64,000 nt of DNA. It comes from Yuukianura sp. NJ FZ-2021 (Eukaryota). The stretch lies in the NCBI GenBank assembly GCA_046563655.1, contig CM102287.1:4092001-4156000 (forward strand), read 5' to 3'. Every line of letters begins with the position of its first letter. The first letter of the stretch is position 1. Of the stretch, positions 40,296-54,000 are shown in pieces. The notes beneath the pieces were generated by a model. It was not told the DNA's origin, did no database searches, and was given only the letters and a program-made list of their open reading frames with translations. The position numbers and the translations under genes are program-made.

Positions 40296-40558
40296 AAAAA
40301 AACTTTTTTCAAAAAAAAAAATCTTCAAAAACGTTTTTTGACAAAGAATTTTTAATTTATTCTAAATTCGAAAATATTTCCAATTCATACATAGCCTATT
40401 TGAAAATCTGGAAACCTCAATCAGCAAAAACTGGCAAAAATCCTACGCAAAAACCTTAATTTTTTCAAAATTTGCTTTTCTGCTCACTCATTTTTTTTCT
40501 TAACCTAAATACATTCTCCACTTGGGATGAAATCGCTTCACTTCTAAATTTTAACTTT

Positions 40559-43500
40559 TTAAACTCCGAGTTGCGCTGCTGTTTGAATCAGTGCTTTAAT
40601 CGCTGGTAGAAAACTGGAAATTTCTGAAAAGCTTCCGGAAGTTACCAACTGCGTATGAATTCCAAGGCCTAATTGGTAGTCTTTCTTTTCCAGAGCTTCT
40701 GCCATGTTGTGCAAGGAAGACAGTGTTTTAGCCGACAAACTTCCGTCACGTAACTTCTCCGCCAGTATTTCCAATTTTTTTGCAATATCCTCCAACTTCC
40801 GCTTGACTGGTACTTGGTGAGCATGATTGTAGCAAACACTTCGCAGATCTTCCAAAACTTTTATCAACTGAGCATGTTCTGCTGGAACTTCCAAGGAGTT
40901 AGAAGGCTGCTGTGGTTCTAATTTTTGATTGGTTGGAGGGAGTGGAGGAGGAGTTTGCGGTAGGCGAGACTGGTTGCGTGCAGTTGGTGGTGGAGCTCCG
41001 TGTAAATTTGAAACTGACGGTGGCCTTGACGGCGGGCCTTCATGTGGAGTTGAAACTGGTGGTGGCATCGGCATGAATGGCGGAGCTTCATGTGGAGTTG
41101 AAACTGGTGGTGGCATCGGCATGAATGGCGGGCCTTCATGTGGAGTTGAAACTGGTGGTGGCATCGGCTTGACTGGCGGGCCTTCATGTGGAGTTGAAAC
41201 TGGTGGTGCCATCGGCTTGACTGGCGGAGCTTCATGTGGAGTTGAAACTGGTGGTGGCATCGGCATGACTGGCGGAGCTTCATGTGGAGTTGAAACTGGT
41301 GGTGGTATCGACATGAGTGGCGGAGCTTCATGTGGAGTTGAAACTGGTGGTGGCATCGGCATGAATGGCGGAGCTTCATGTGGAGTTGAAACTGGTGGTG
41401 GCATCGGCATGAATGGCGGTGCTCCATACGAACGTGATTGCATAACTGGCGGTGCTCCATATGAACTTGATGGCATAACTGGCGGTGCTCCATATGAACT
41501 TGAGTGCATAACTGGCGGTGCTCCATACGAACTTGATTGCATAACTGGCGGTGCTCCATACGAACTTGATGGCATAACTGGCGGTGCTCCATATGAACTT
41601 GCTTGCATAACTGGCGGTGCTCCATACGAACTTGGTTGCATAACTGGCGGTGCTCCATATGAACTTGAATGCATAACTGGCGGTGCTCCATATGAACTTG
41701 AACGCATAACTGGCGGTGCTCCATATGAACTTGATTGCATAACTGGCGGTGCTCCATATGAACTTGATTGCATAACTGGTGGTGCTCCATATGAGCATGC
41801 AGCTTGTGGCGTGGGGCCCTTTCTTCCTGTCGGAGGCGGTCCCATTGGTGTAGAAGATGCATTATATCCCATCAGCAAACCTGGTGCTGGTGCAGCCTGT
41901 TCAAGCCATCCGTCATATTAAACTATCTGTTTTAAACCGTTTTTTAAAAAATGTGTATAACATTCTTACCCCTCCTCCATACGGAGAATACATCGTCTGC
42001 GGTTCCGGTGCAGCACTGCCAAATATCGGATGTGTTATTGCTTCAACTGCTGGCGTCTTTGGAACCACCGCCTAAAAGACAAAAACGATTTTCAATACAA
42101 AAAATTTTTCAAATATATCAAAAGTGCAACGAAAAATGAAAAACCGTGGATTTAGGCTTCAAAGGCGGCGGATCATTCCATCCATGCGGAACATTTGAAA
42201 TCATTGGTGGTGGAAGTGAAGTAGCAGACGGACGACGTTCTGGATTGGCATATCCGCCACCACCATAGTAGGAAGCACCACCCGACGGAAGATTAGTTGA
42301 GCCACCACCAATTGGTGTCATTTGTTGATGTTGACCATAAGCAGGAGTAGTCATCGTTGTATTGACATTCAATGGATTGTAAAATCCCATTGCATCTACT
42401 GCTTGCTGAACAGGCGGAACTGGTGGTCCAGTTAATGAACTGATGTTTGGTCCATCTGCATACCCTGACATCCTTCTAGAATCATACGTTGATCCAAGTG
42501 CAGGAGACATTTGTCCTGGCATTGGATACGATGGACGTTTGGTCAGTGAATATTTGGAACTTTCTGAAGGTTGTCGACTTCTGGCTGTTTGAACAGGAAG
42601 AGCAGAAGGAGCTGGAGCCGGTCGTGAAGTTCCCAGTACATATTCGACGCGTTGTTTCAAATCAACAATGGCTGGATCCGTTGAGTCCGAGATGTACTTG
42701 AGAGCCGTTTTGAGTGACCCCTGTGACACAAGCAGAGAGCCGTACTTGACCAACTTCTCTCCCAGAATTCTGTCAAGCTCAAAATAGTCTCTGCCATGCA
42801 ATTCCCCAACTTTCTTCAAAACTAGCAACTGCTCAACAGCATCCTGGAAAGGAAAAAAAAATCAAGTTTTCAAAAAAATTCACCCAAAATTGGCAATTCT
42901 TGTGTTAGGCTGGTCAATTCTAGACAAACCTGAAGATGTTCCGGCTTGCCAGACTCATCAGCACGTTCTACAGCCGCAGATGCCCAACTGTCCACCAGAT
43001 GATTGATGTGTCCACAACAAATGTAGCACAGCAGTGCATTCTTCCTCAAACTTTCATCTTCACTTGACCCTAGTCGTCTTCCAAGCGTTTCTGTAAACAA
43101 GAAACAAAGTTAATCTAATAAGTATATCGACGATGCCAGCGTTACGCTGAATTTCATACCTGCCAAGTATGGAAACCCAAGGGGGTCAGAATATGTTAGA
43201 GCAGTGGCCAAAGCTTCCTTCCAGCACTTCAAATCACAGTGTTCAACTACTCGACGCAAATCACGAGTTACGACAGCTACTATCATATTGGAAGTTTCAT
43301 GAGCACGTTTCTGAAAATCGCAACAACAAAAACTCAACTTTTCGAAAATAAACGTAGATATCGAAAAAAGTGAATAAGTGAAAAGTGAAGTACCTGGAAA
43401 TATTTGAGCTGCGTCTTTTTGATTAGTTCTTGACTTCCGGTGGAGGCGAGAATAAGGGCATCTTCCCACCGTGAATGTTGAAGGCACAAGTCTACTGCAA

Positions 43501-44715
43501 CTTCAGTATTTCCAGACAAAAGAGCTTGATTGATCAGTCCCTCAGTGCCTATATCAAGAATTTAAACCAGCATTCAATTAATTGCGTTACTCAATTACTT
43601 CATCTCATGACTCACTTTCATCAGTCGGGATATCAATTAACTCTTTGTCTCCTTCTTCGTGGCTATGAACATGACTATCAGATTCAATGTCCCCGTTTTG
43701 GCTAGATTGATTTGAAATGTATCCATCTGGAACCTAGGGAAAGTTAGCAATGTTAGAGGTCACCTTGTTCCAGACCCAATTAAGTTAACTAGCTTAAATT
43801 GGTGTTATTTTTGTAGTCTTGAAGCCTGAATTACTTACTCCTCTTGTGAGCGTAACAAAACCATCAGTCATGGAGTCTGAGCCATCCTTCCTCGATTCCA
43901 TTATATTATGCAACTGTAAAAAGAAACAGATCGATTAACTTCGATTTTCAATAAAAACGATAAGATGAAGGTACAGATGATGAGAAAAAGTGAATAACCT
44001 TGGAAAACATTTCACTTGATTCGTATCCCATGATTGATAAATAAGCTTGACTTGGTGTCGGACTAAAACTTGCTTGCAGGAATTCCCAGACTTTGGCTTG
44101 CGAAGGATCCAATGCTTCCTCGGACTAAAGATTTTCCAAATTAATTCAAATATTAATGAAAATGTCATAAATTTTGAAATTACAAATGTCTAGATCACCT
44201 TTTCCCTACAAAAGTCGCCCAGATTTCCAGATTCCAAAGCATAATCCAATCGTTCTGATCTTGCTACAAACTCCGGTTCTGTCACAACTTTTGAAATGGT
44301 GACAAGTCGTTGGTATGGTAACCCCCCGATGCCAACATCCGGTTTGACATTGAAGTACTGGACCAATTTTCCATCAAACTGTGAAACAAAAAATAACATT
44401 ATTGCTTCCTTCCGGATCCGGACTCATCTCATCTCCACTGAAATATCGATGTCGTCACTCCTACGTCAATGACAGTTTCGTTTAGATCAGTAATTCGTTC
44501 ATCAAGAATATCTAAGTTAATCGTACCCCAAAACCGGCACCGCAAGGTTGTTGTTGATGCTGCTGAAGTTCATGTTGACCTTGTGCTTGTCCAGCAGCCG
44601 GTCTCTGCTGAGGTTGCTGCTGCTGCTGATGCTGCTGATGGTATGGTTGTTGCAGTGTATTCTGGGCAGGTACCGGCTGGTACTGCTGAGAGTACATTAG
44701 GTCCGCAGACATCAT
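40559..44715 (-). CDS. Sec31: Sec31-like COPII outer-coat protein (no WD40 domain visible)
   Basis: PCGAGFG|FDGKLV; ISKVVTEPEF; ACE1 (AVDLCLQHSRWEDALILA; WKEALA; LGRRL..ALLCYIC.G); GWNDPP; C-terminal KRKLEDIAKKLEIL...SFSEISSFLPAIKALI. Confidence 0.92.
41032..41416 (-). repeat. Coding tandem repeat, 8 x 48 bp (PPPVSTPHE[A/G]PPxxxx) in Sec31
   Basis: Counted from the translation and the DNA unit ttcatgtggagttgaaactggtggtggcatcggcatgaatggcggagc. Confidence 0.95.
41417..41795 (-). repeat. Coding tandem repeat, about 11.5 x 33 bp (YGAPPVMxSSS) in Sec31
   Basis: DNA unit ggcggtgctccatatgaacttgattgcataact. Confidence 0.95.
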
Positions 44716-45323
44716 TGTCCGATGACTTTCAATTACCGAGGAATCAATCAATTAATGCAGTCAATGTACAACAAGCAAATCACTGTTTAAAAGTAAATGA
44801 ATGATGCAGAAAACGGAAGCGCACTAATAATTTAACACGTTTGATAAATAATTTCGTCTTCTCTTCCGTTCTTCGTCTTCCAACTCATCAACGGCTCAAC
44901 TGTCGGCACTTTCTGCTGTACTTCGTTCGTGATGATAACATCTGTCAAAATATGTCATACATTTACATATTAACATTGAGTAAAATAAATTTAGCAGACA
45001 TTGTTACTTAATTGCATAATAAATTAAATAAATTAGAAATTACATGTTACTAGAATTAGTTGAAATTACTGTTCTGATTTATTCTAATTTGGGTTTTTTA
45101 ATAACCAGATGAACTACTCGTGTAACAGAAGCTAAATTTTTTTGCCGACAACTGAACCCCCAAGATAAACAAATCCAGTCAGTAGTGATTCACTTTTTGA
45201 CTAACGAAATGACTCATTCTTTTCTTACGTGTTACTGGCTACTAAAAAATAAAATAAAACAACATTTTTTGGTGCATTATTAAAAAAAAAATTGCGGAAA
45301 ATTTTGAATTTTTGAATTGAATT

Positions 45324-47818
45324 ATGTCGTCGTCAAGGGAACGCTATGCGTAAACTGTTATGAAAAAGAAGATGCAAAAAATACAAGATTTTAAAAACTT
45401 TTTTTTAAAACTTTGGCATACAAAAGTCAATTTCATCTTCATCTCATCAGAGGAGGTCAGAGGTCGGAAACAGAGGTCTCATCTTTCTGCGCGAATTTGT
45501 CCAAACGTTAGTCAAATTACTTAAATTATAACTATATTTATTATAATTACATGTTACTAATTATATACTTCCGATTATCAGTTTCTTGATTGGCGATTCA
45601 CCGAGTTTTTCAACCAATCAACGATGGGGGGACTTGAAAAATATTATCTGGATTCTCTACAAGAGGACGAAGGTAGAGCAATTACTTTTAATTACAATTA
45701 CATTGAATTGTAATTACTTTGAATTAGTTTAATATTTCAACTAATTCAGAATATGGAGATGACTATCAAGAGTACCTTTATCGACGAATGAAACTGAACG
45801 AAGCAGTATTTGGGCGACCTCCGCAGTACTACTCCCAGGTCACCGCTGATTGGCACGCCGAGTACCCAAATGGATCCTCCACCAGGAATTTGTTCAAGGT
45901 CAAATTTTGGAAGAAGGTCAAGAGAATTTTGCTCCCACCAGGTCAACATCTAAAACCATAATCAAAATTTCAAAACCAGCATTTCGAAAAATTTTAAAAT
46001 TTTCAAAAAAACTTTTTTAGAAAAAGACGATGATGATGAAAAAACATCTCCGAGTGTACCAGTGCCTGTGAAGGAAGTCATCACGGAAGATGAAGTTGAA
46101 CTGAATCCGGTTGGAAGAGATAATGGAACTCCTATCCAACGCAAGTTTTTCAAAATTTAAAAAAAAAATATTTTTTTTTTAGAAAATTTTGTCTATTTTG
46201 AACATTTTTTTGAAAATGTTTTTTCTACCACTTTCAAGATACCGGAGGTGGGCCTAGAGTTGTTGATGACAAAGATGGTTTCTTCTTGTCACCACACCGA
46301 GTACGCACTGCGCAGACTCAAATCCAAGCTTCCAGCGCTGAAGCACCTCGTACAGGCATTCTCGGATCGCTGAAAATTTCTGCAGCGTCAACCTCACTCG
46401 TCAACGACTGTGCTTCATCTGGTGACACTTTGCTCAATACGAGTCTTTTGGAAAAATCATCTGAGCTGGAAAGCTGCACTGGAATCACTGAATCGCTGGA
46501 ATTTGCCGCTGCTGGTTGCGTCAACCAAGTTGTCGCAACAGTTGAAGTCGTTTACGACCTGACTCTGACGTCGTCGCTGTCAACAAATGACGTTTCCGCG
46601 TTTGAAGCTCCACCAATCACTGAAGATCCACCGATCGCTCAAACTCCATCAATCGCTGAAGATCCACCAATCGCTGAAAATCCTCAAATCGCTGAAAATC
46701 CACCAATCGCTGAAGATCAAACCAGCACAAACGCTGGTCAGCTGATTGCATCATTCTTGACAAATGAAAACTTGGAACTAATGCTGCAACCAAAGTGTCA
46801 AGCGACAATCAAAGAACAACTTGAAAATGGCAGCGTTTCGGAAGTCTTGTTTCGCCAAATATTCAGCGATACTTTTACAAATGAAATTTTCGGTCAAGTC
46901 ACTACACAAGGTCAAGATGCTGCCGACGCTGAAAAAATCGCTGAAAACGTCAAAGGTCAAGAGCCTTTGGATACCCCCCAGCCTCAAGGTCAAATCAAAC
47001 CAAACGTCGTTAAAAAAAGCTTATCGCAACAATCGCTGGAAAAGAGACGCAGAAACACTGAAAAGAAGAAGAAACCGGAGTTGTCTCCACCTTCACCCAG
47101 AAAAGTTCCGAAAGTTTCCGAAGACAGAATTCGGCGTCAAATTTTGGAATCAGCGTCATCAGCGATGTTCGGTGGAAGTGGTGACGTCAATCACTTTAAC
47201 CTTGGCGGGAAGAAGAGGTCAAAGGTCAAGTCGCTCCTTCATCATACGCCTCCCGGTCTTAAACCTATTGTCACCGCACCACTTTCGGGAAGGAAAACGC
47301 CCGAGTCAAAACCTGAAAAGTTATTCAAAAAATTCAAAATTCAAAATTTTGAAATTTAAAAAAATTGTTTTTGAAATAGGCCACCTCATGGACTGCTGAC
47401 CAATCAGGATTGGTTGCCTGAACTTCTCAGCGGAACTGCATTTGGTGTATCTCCAGGCAGTAGTGTGGCACCAAGTCCCCGTAACACCTCAAGCACACTG
47501 GGGCCGCGTTTCAGCGATTTCAGCCTCAGCGCAATACCACCATCGCTGCAAGTTTACTACAATTATGATGGACGGAAATTTTTTTCGGATCGGGAAAGAA
47601 TGCACCCAACCGGGAAAGTTAAGTTGAAGCCAAAAGAAGTCAAATCTGAGGCGGGAACTCCAAGAACCAAGTAATTACGAAATACTAATTACTTTTGTAA
47701 TTACTTCAAAGTATTTCATCATTTTTTTGAACTTTTACTTTTCAGAAAAGGAACTCCCACAGTGAGTCGAAATGCAAGCTCAACGAGTGTCAAAGGCACC
47801 AACGAAAAACAAAAGTAA
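45324..47818 (+). CDS. Orphan multi-exon protein, largely disordered, with basic patches; start uncertain
   Basis: Exons from about 45582 onward splice in frame through ORFs 46286-47359 and 47414-47674 to a TAA at 47816-47818; no family recognised. Confidence 0.6.
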
Positions 47819-48069
47819 TTACAACAAATCAAAACAATAATTACAATTAAAATTCCTAATTACTTGAAATACTTCGTAATTACTTGAATTACTTTGTAAT
47901 TACATTAAATTCACTGCTGTCCAGTTCCTCTTCTTCCCTCTCTCAAACTTTTGCAAGTTAAATCAATAATACAATACATGTTTAATTTATAGAATTACTT
48001 TAATAAAATATATTAATCAATTAATTGATTGTAATTATTTAAGTAATTGGTTAACTTTTTTATATTATT

Positions 48070-51000
48070 TTAAATACTTCTAATAAAATTATTAGAAACA
48101 GAATCCTCATTGTCAGGATCGCTGAAGCGCGATTTGCTCCAGTGCTCAAGAATCATTTGAGAAGCGAGTTCGGCAACAGCCTATGAATAAAATATATTAA
48201 AATAAATATAATATTTACAACCATTTCATAGGTTTATTATAATAGCGAAGCTATTATGATAAAAGTGGTTTGTCTGTCTGTCCGTCTGTCTGTCCGTCTG
48301 TCTGTCCAGATTAATTATCTCAGAAACTACTGGCCCGATTTGATTCCGGTTTTCACCTATCAACAGCCCATGACCCGGACTAGGTCACTATTGAATATGA
48401 CCCCCGGGTGTCAACTCCTTCCGGGTCAAAGGTCAAGGTCAACCGGTTTCATCCCCGGTAACATGAAAAATGACCTCTACAAAAGTTGTTCATCTCATTG
48501 AGACTAACAACTTTTGTGTGGAATGTGTGACCCTAGGTCACCTCCTTCCGGGTCAAAATTGATTTTAAAGGTCATTTGTAATGCAAGTGTGGGTACAAAA
48601 AACTCTGCTTGTGAGACTGGAAAGGCAATTGGCATGGGAGTTGGTTCTCTGCTTAGAAAAAAATCCATTGCGCAGTTGACTAACACACTCAACTGTCACC
48701 TGTCACAGTTCATCTGTCACTTCACCTGTCACTTGTCACGTGCCGGGTGTCACCTGTCACGTCTGTCACTTGCCGGGTGTCACCTGTCACTTGCCGGGTG
48801 TCAGCTGTCACCTGTCACTTCCCGGGTGTCATCTGTCACCTGTCACTTTCCGGGTGTCATCTGTCACCTGTCACTCTCCGGGTGTCACCTGTCACTTTCC
48901 GGGTGTCGCCTGTCACCTGTCACTCTCCCGGTGTCACCTGTCACCTGTCACTTTCCGGGTGTCACCTGTTACTTTCCGGGTGTGACCTGTCACCTGTCAC
49001 GTGCCGGGTGTCACCTGTCACTTGTCACTTGCCGGGTGTCACCTGCCACGTGCCGCGTGTCACCTGCCACGTGCCGCGTGTCACCTGTCACCCTCAAGTG
49101 TCACTTGCCGGGTGTCACCTGTCACGCCTCAGCTGTCACGTCTCACCTGTCAAAACCCCCAGGGGGAAGGGCGGGAAAGTGGGGGGAACACACCCCCACT
49201 ACCCCGGGGGGGCGGGAAAGTGGGGGGAACACACCCCTACGCTTCCTGGGGTGCGGAGCAAAAAAGCGGGAAAACACACCCCTACTCCCCGAGGGGGGGG
49301 CGGGAAAGTGAGGAAAACACACCCCCACTTCCCCCGGGGGGGAGGCAGGAAATTGGGGGGAACAAACCCCCTTCGGGGGGACTATTGCTTCGCTATTATC
49401 AGTATGGGCGGTTTACAACCGGTTTATTTGTGCAGTAGGTGAGTTAATCAACTCAGTATTCACAATTTGGGTCAAAACCGTTTTGACCTTTGACCTTACC
49501 TGAACCGTCACGTGATTCACCGATAAATATCGCACTTGCAATACTGAAGCATCTACGACTCTGAGGCCGTTGACCCCCAGAACCCTGAAAGTCCAAAATT
49601 CATTCAGTTTTTACCATTTCCGTTAAAGGTCATCGACCCCCATTAAAGGTCATTGACCTCGTGACCCCTCAAGGTCATTGACCTCACTACCTTAGTTCTG
49701 GATCCACCACAGCCTCGGGGTCAGTTCGGTCCTTCCCCATGGGGGCAGTGGCAGAATACTTGTAGGCAGTCAAGGTCAAATGTCTTGCGTAACACTCCCA
49801 GTACGCGTCACTCTTCCACGGAAATTTTTCACACCCTGGCAGTGGTACGGAAATAAGCGAACCGTTGATTTCCTTGTACGCTTTCGTTTCTTCGACCAAC
49901 TTCACTGAGAATTTGATTGCTAAAAAGAAGGGAACAAATTCGGCAAAACGGCGCTTCGATTTTTTACGATTAAAATATCATTTTATATCAATTTTTGGGT
50001 GTAGATTCCGAATCTGAAACCCGTTTTTGGCGGTCGCACCTCCTTCCTGGTAAGATTAATTAATTAATATTTTAATTAACAGTGTATGCATTTCACATGC
50101 AGAATGAGTGTGTAACCAATGGAGATTCGAATTTATTGTTGTTATATGCTAACCAAACCTAACGCGCGCCTTCGGCGCGGAGATATAACAAACAACAATC
50201 CTTGGTTTCCATTGGTTACACCACAAATTCTCATTCTGTTTATCAAATTCACACTGTTAATTAGAATATTAATTAATTAATCTTACCAAGAAGGAGGTGT
50301 GACCGCCAAAAACGGATTTCAGATTCGGAATCTACACCCAAAAATTGATATAAGACAATATTTTAATCGTAAAAAATCGAAGCGCCGTTTTGCCGAATAT
50401 AAGCCAAAAGAAGTTTTGACAGGTTTAATTTCGGCAGTTTTGTATTTATATGATTTTGATTTCGGAAATTTTAATTTCGCTGAAATTGTATTGCCTCTAT
50501 GCTCACCTTCTAGCAAAATGGCCATGTCACGTGGATTCTGGAGGTACTTGGGGTCAAGTAGAGGGTGGTCAAAGGGGTCCTTGCTACGAAGTTTAAGGGT
50601 CCCTGTCCCTGTGACCCTGTTGAGTGTCACCATTTGGAGAAAAGAGTCTTGACCTTTGACCTTTCCATAATACCTGTCCAGAATGTTCGATTTGATTCCA
50701 AAAGCATTTTGTAGTTCCTGATGATATCGTTCATCTACAGACTGCGCTAAGAAGTAGATGTGGATGTCCGGGTAACCTTGAAGTCCGTCCCTAAATGCCC
50801 TGGAACTGGAAATTGTAAAAGTTGCTTCCGTGCGAGAACATTGAACTGGACCGGTTCCGGAAGTGGCCCATTCCTGCATTGACCTCAAGTTGAGGTCACG
50901 CTCACGCAGAAAACTTGTTCCTGGAGAGGTCACGAATGGACCCAACAGAGTTCCGTATTTGTCCTGCATGATCTCGCCCACTGGAGAGTCCACAACCACT

Positions 51001-54000
51001 GGAATCTAATAAAAAATTTTAAAATTCTTGTATTTTTTGAGTTTCGGAAAATTTGATCTTAGAGTTTTTGAGTTTCGGATAATTTGATTTTATGTTTTTA
51101 GAGTTTTTGGATTTCATTTTCTCGATTCTTTTTAGTTTCGGAGAATTTGTCTTTAGATTTTTTTGAGTTTCGAAGAATTTGGCTTTAGATTTCTTGGCGT
51201 GATCTTACCCCAAGATCATTCAGGTGAGCTTTTGGTCCAATTCCAGACAGCATCAGAATTTTTGCACTTTGAATTGACCCGGCGCTCAACACGACTTCTT
51301 TTTTGCAATAAATTTTGCGCAATTTTCCATACTGAAAGTATTCTACGCCAATTGCTTTTTCTTTCTTTAGCAGGACCTGAAGCAATAAAAGTGCCATAGG
51401 TTGGAACCAGACTTGTGAACCCACATTCGTGTCAGAAAATTTTGAATTTGCACTTTCCGAAAATATTCGCGAATTTTAAAACTGACCTTTGTGACCATAG
51501 CATATTTGAGAACAGTGAGAGATTTTCGCTGGCCAATGATTTCTTGCAAATAGCCTTGGTACGAACTCCATCTTCTGCCGTTCTTCAAGTAAAAGTCCAT
51601 AGGAGCAAATCCTGGAATTTTTGCAATTAGTTTTTTTTAAATTGCAAATTTTTGCAAATTGCGAATTTTTTGCACTAACCTTCGGTAACAGGACCGTAGG
51701 GATTGGGATCACGAACTGGGTAGCCTAACTCAATTCCAGCACGGAGAAAATGGGTTGACACGGGATTCAAATGAGATTTTTCAATTGACAAGTGACCACC
51801 TTTACCATGAGTAAAACCTTGCAAAAAAAAAATGAAAAAATGCAAACAAAAGTTAAAATTTTTGAAAAAGGGAGAAAAAATCTTTCAATTGTTTCAAGTG
51901 AACTAGAGCTGTAAGTTATTGTTAAACCAAATAGAAAGAATGAAAATTTTACCGTCGTCGAAGTATCCATGATAGTCTTCCAGAGATTTGTAGAATCTAG
52001 TTTTTTGAAAATAATTTAGAAAATTTCTTTTGAAACTAACAAAAATTTCGAATTTTTTTTTGAAATTTTTGTTTACTTCAGGATATTGCTCATCTTCCAC
52101 TTTGGATTTCCAGTCATGTTAGCAAAAGTGTCAAATCCCTGGACATTTCCACGCAGAAAAATCATTCCGTTTATGTTACTCGACCCACCTAAGCCTTTCC
52201 CTGCTGGCCAGCGATTGGACTTCAAAATTTCGAAAAAAAAAAAAAAAAAAAATTGAAAATTTTCTGAACTTGAGGTGTCTAATCAGTGTTCCCAGTTTCA
52301 GTCACTGGACATTCTGGTCGTCCGCCCGAAAACGTCTTTTGGACATTTCGGTCCAAACCCTTTCAGTCGACCGAAATGATCAAAAGTAATTTTAACCCTA
52401 CAGGAGGTGCGGGAGATTTGAACATTTGGGAGACGTGGCCAGGTTTGGCACACGGTGCATGTGCATACCGTGTATGCATTTTGGTCGGACATGTCGGTCA
52501 TTTTAGTCGTTTCAGACATTTCAGACCAAAATTTGAAAAAGTGACCGAAACTGGGAACACTGTGTCTAATAACACTTTGACTGTTTGAACTCACGTTGTT
52601 AATTATTCCAAAAGAAGCCGCTTTTTGCGGAACAGTTCTGTACTGCCAGTCCACTCCATCGCGACCATGCATAACTTAAGGTCAAAAGGTCAAAGGTCAA
52701 TTGGGTTTCAAATTGTTTTCAAGTTGACCTTGAAAAAAGTTAAGGTGAATTTACCATAGGTTAGTAGAGGTATTCTCAGAAGAGGTATTGGGGTACCACC
52801 TGAAGAAGAAACAATTTACATCATCATTTCCTGGAGCGTGCTTGGGAGTGTCACGTACGCAGTGTTTTTAGTTCGTAATTATGACAAAAAATTGCGAATT
52901 TTTCGTTTTTGCGAAAAAAATATTCAAAAATTTTTTGCAAGTACCTGCTTCAATGAGTAGCACTTTGTGACTTTCCGACAACCTGTTTGCCACTACGGCT
53001 CCAGCACTCCCTCCTCCAACTAGAAAATTTAATACATTTAATACAAATCATCCAAATTCGCAAAAATTCGAAAAAAAAATTCCAAAGTTTGCAAAATACG
53101 TGGGTTTCCCAAAGTATGCCAAGTTGACATTGAACTTTGTCCAACTTTAGGCATTACGTAAAGGATTTAAGTTGTTTATGATACAATATTTTGAAAAAAT
53201 GAGCTGAAGAGTATAAATCACAGACTTTGGCTTAACCTTGTTGCGATTTAGCAAAAACTCCAAATCCTGATTTGCGAATAAATTGGCAAAAATTAAAATT
53301 GAAATTGGAATTATTAAGGTAGACCACTGGAGAAGTAGACCTTCAGAAAACAGGTTGACTCATGTGCAGAATTAAGAAGAAACTTGTTATGATCCAGCAC
53401 TGACGTTAAAACAGTGTCATTTTGTGTACTTTTTTGTGAATTGTGCTCATTACATTTTGTTTTGGTATTTAAATTGTATTGAAAATCAACAAAAAAGTTT
53501 GTTTAGATTCCAAAACTTCCTTGTTTCTTTTGTTTTTGCGTCATCCTAACCACAAGAATAACTAAGTCAAGGATTTTGTTTCTGATTTTTGTTTCAGATT
53601 CTGGAAAACTCCGACTCCAAAATTTTGAAAATTTCGCATTTTTAAGTTTTTTGAAAACTCAAAATAGCGAAATGTGTGGACATGGTTTTCGCAAAGAAAA
53701 TATGCATAGGAGTTTGTCAAAAATTTGAATTACAAAAAGCCAAAAAAAATTCATCAGTGAAGAAATTTTCGAATCATCACTGATAAATCATCACAGTCCA
53801 TAAAAATTATTTTGTCATTTTGTCAACTGCAAGGTTTGAAAACAAAGAAAAATGTTCGTTTTTCTACAACCTGTTGTAGAAAATACAATTCTGTTCTCAA
53901 GGAACCTTGGTCAACTGTTGGAAATTCGAAAAGCAAAATTTTTGTAAAAAATTTCAAAAAACACTTCAAAAATTTTTCTTACCAACAATAAAGTCGAAAT

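Noticed and set aside
40918..41921. His/Met-rich and Gly-rich overlapping ORFs
   Set aside because: They are alternative-frame and antisense shadows of the Sec31 coding repeats.
48514..49442. Long Cys/His-rich ORFs
   Set aside because: They are translations of the TGTCACC array inside the HINE-like element and are open in several frames.
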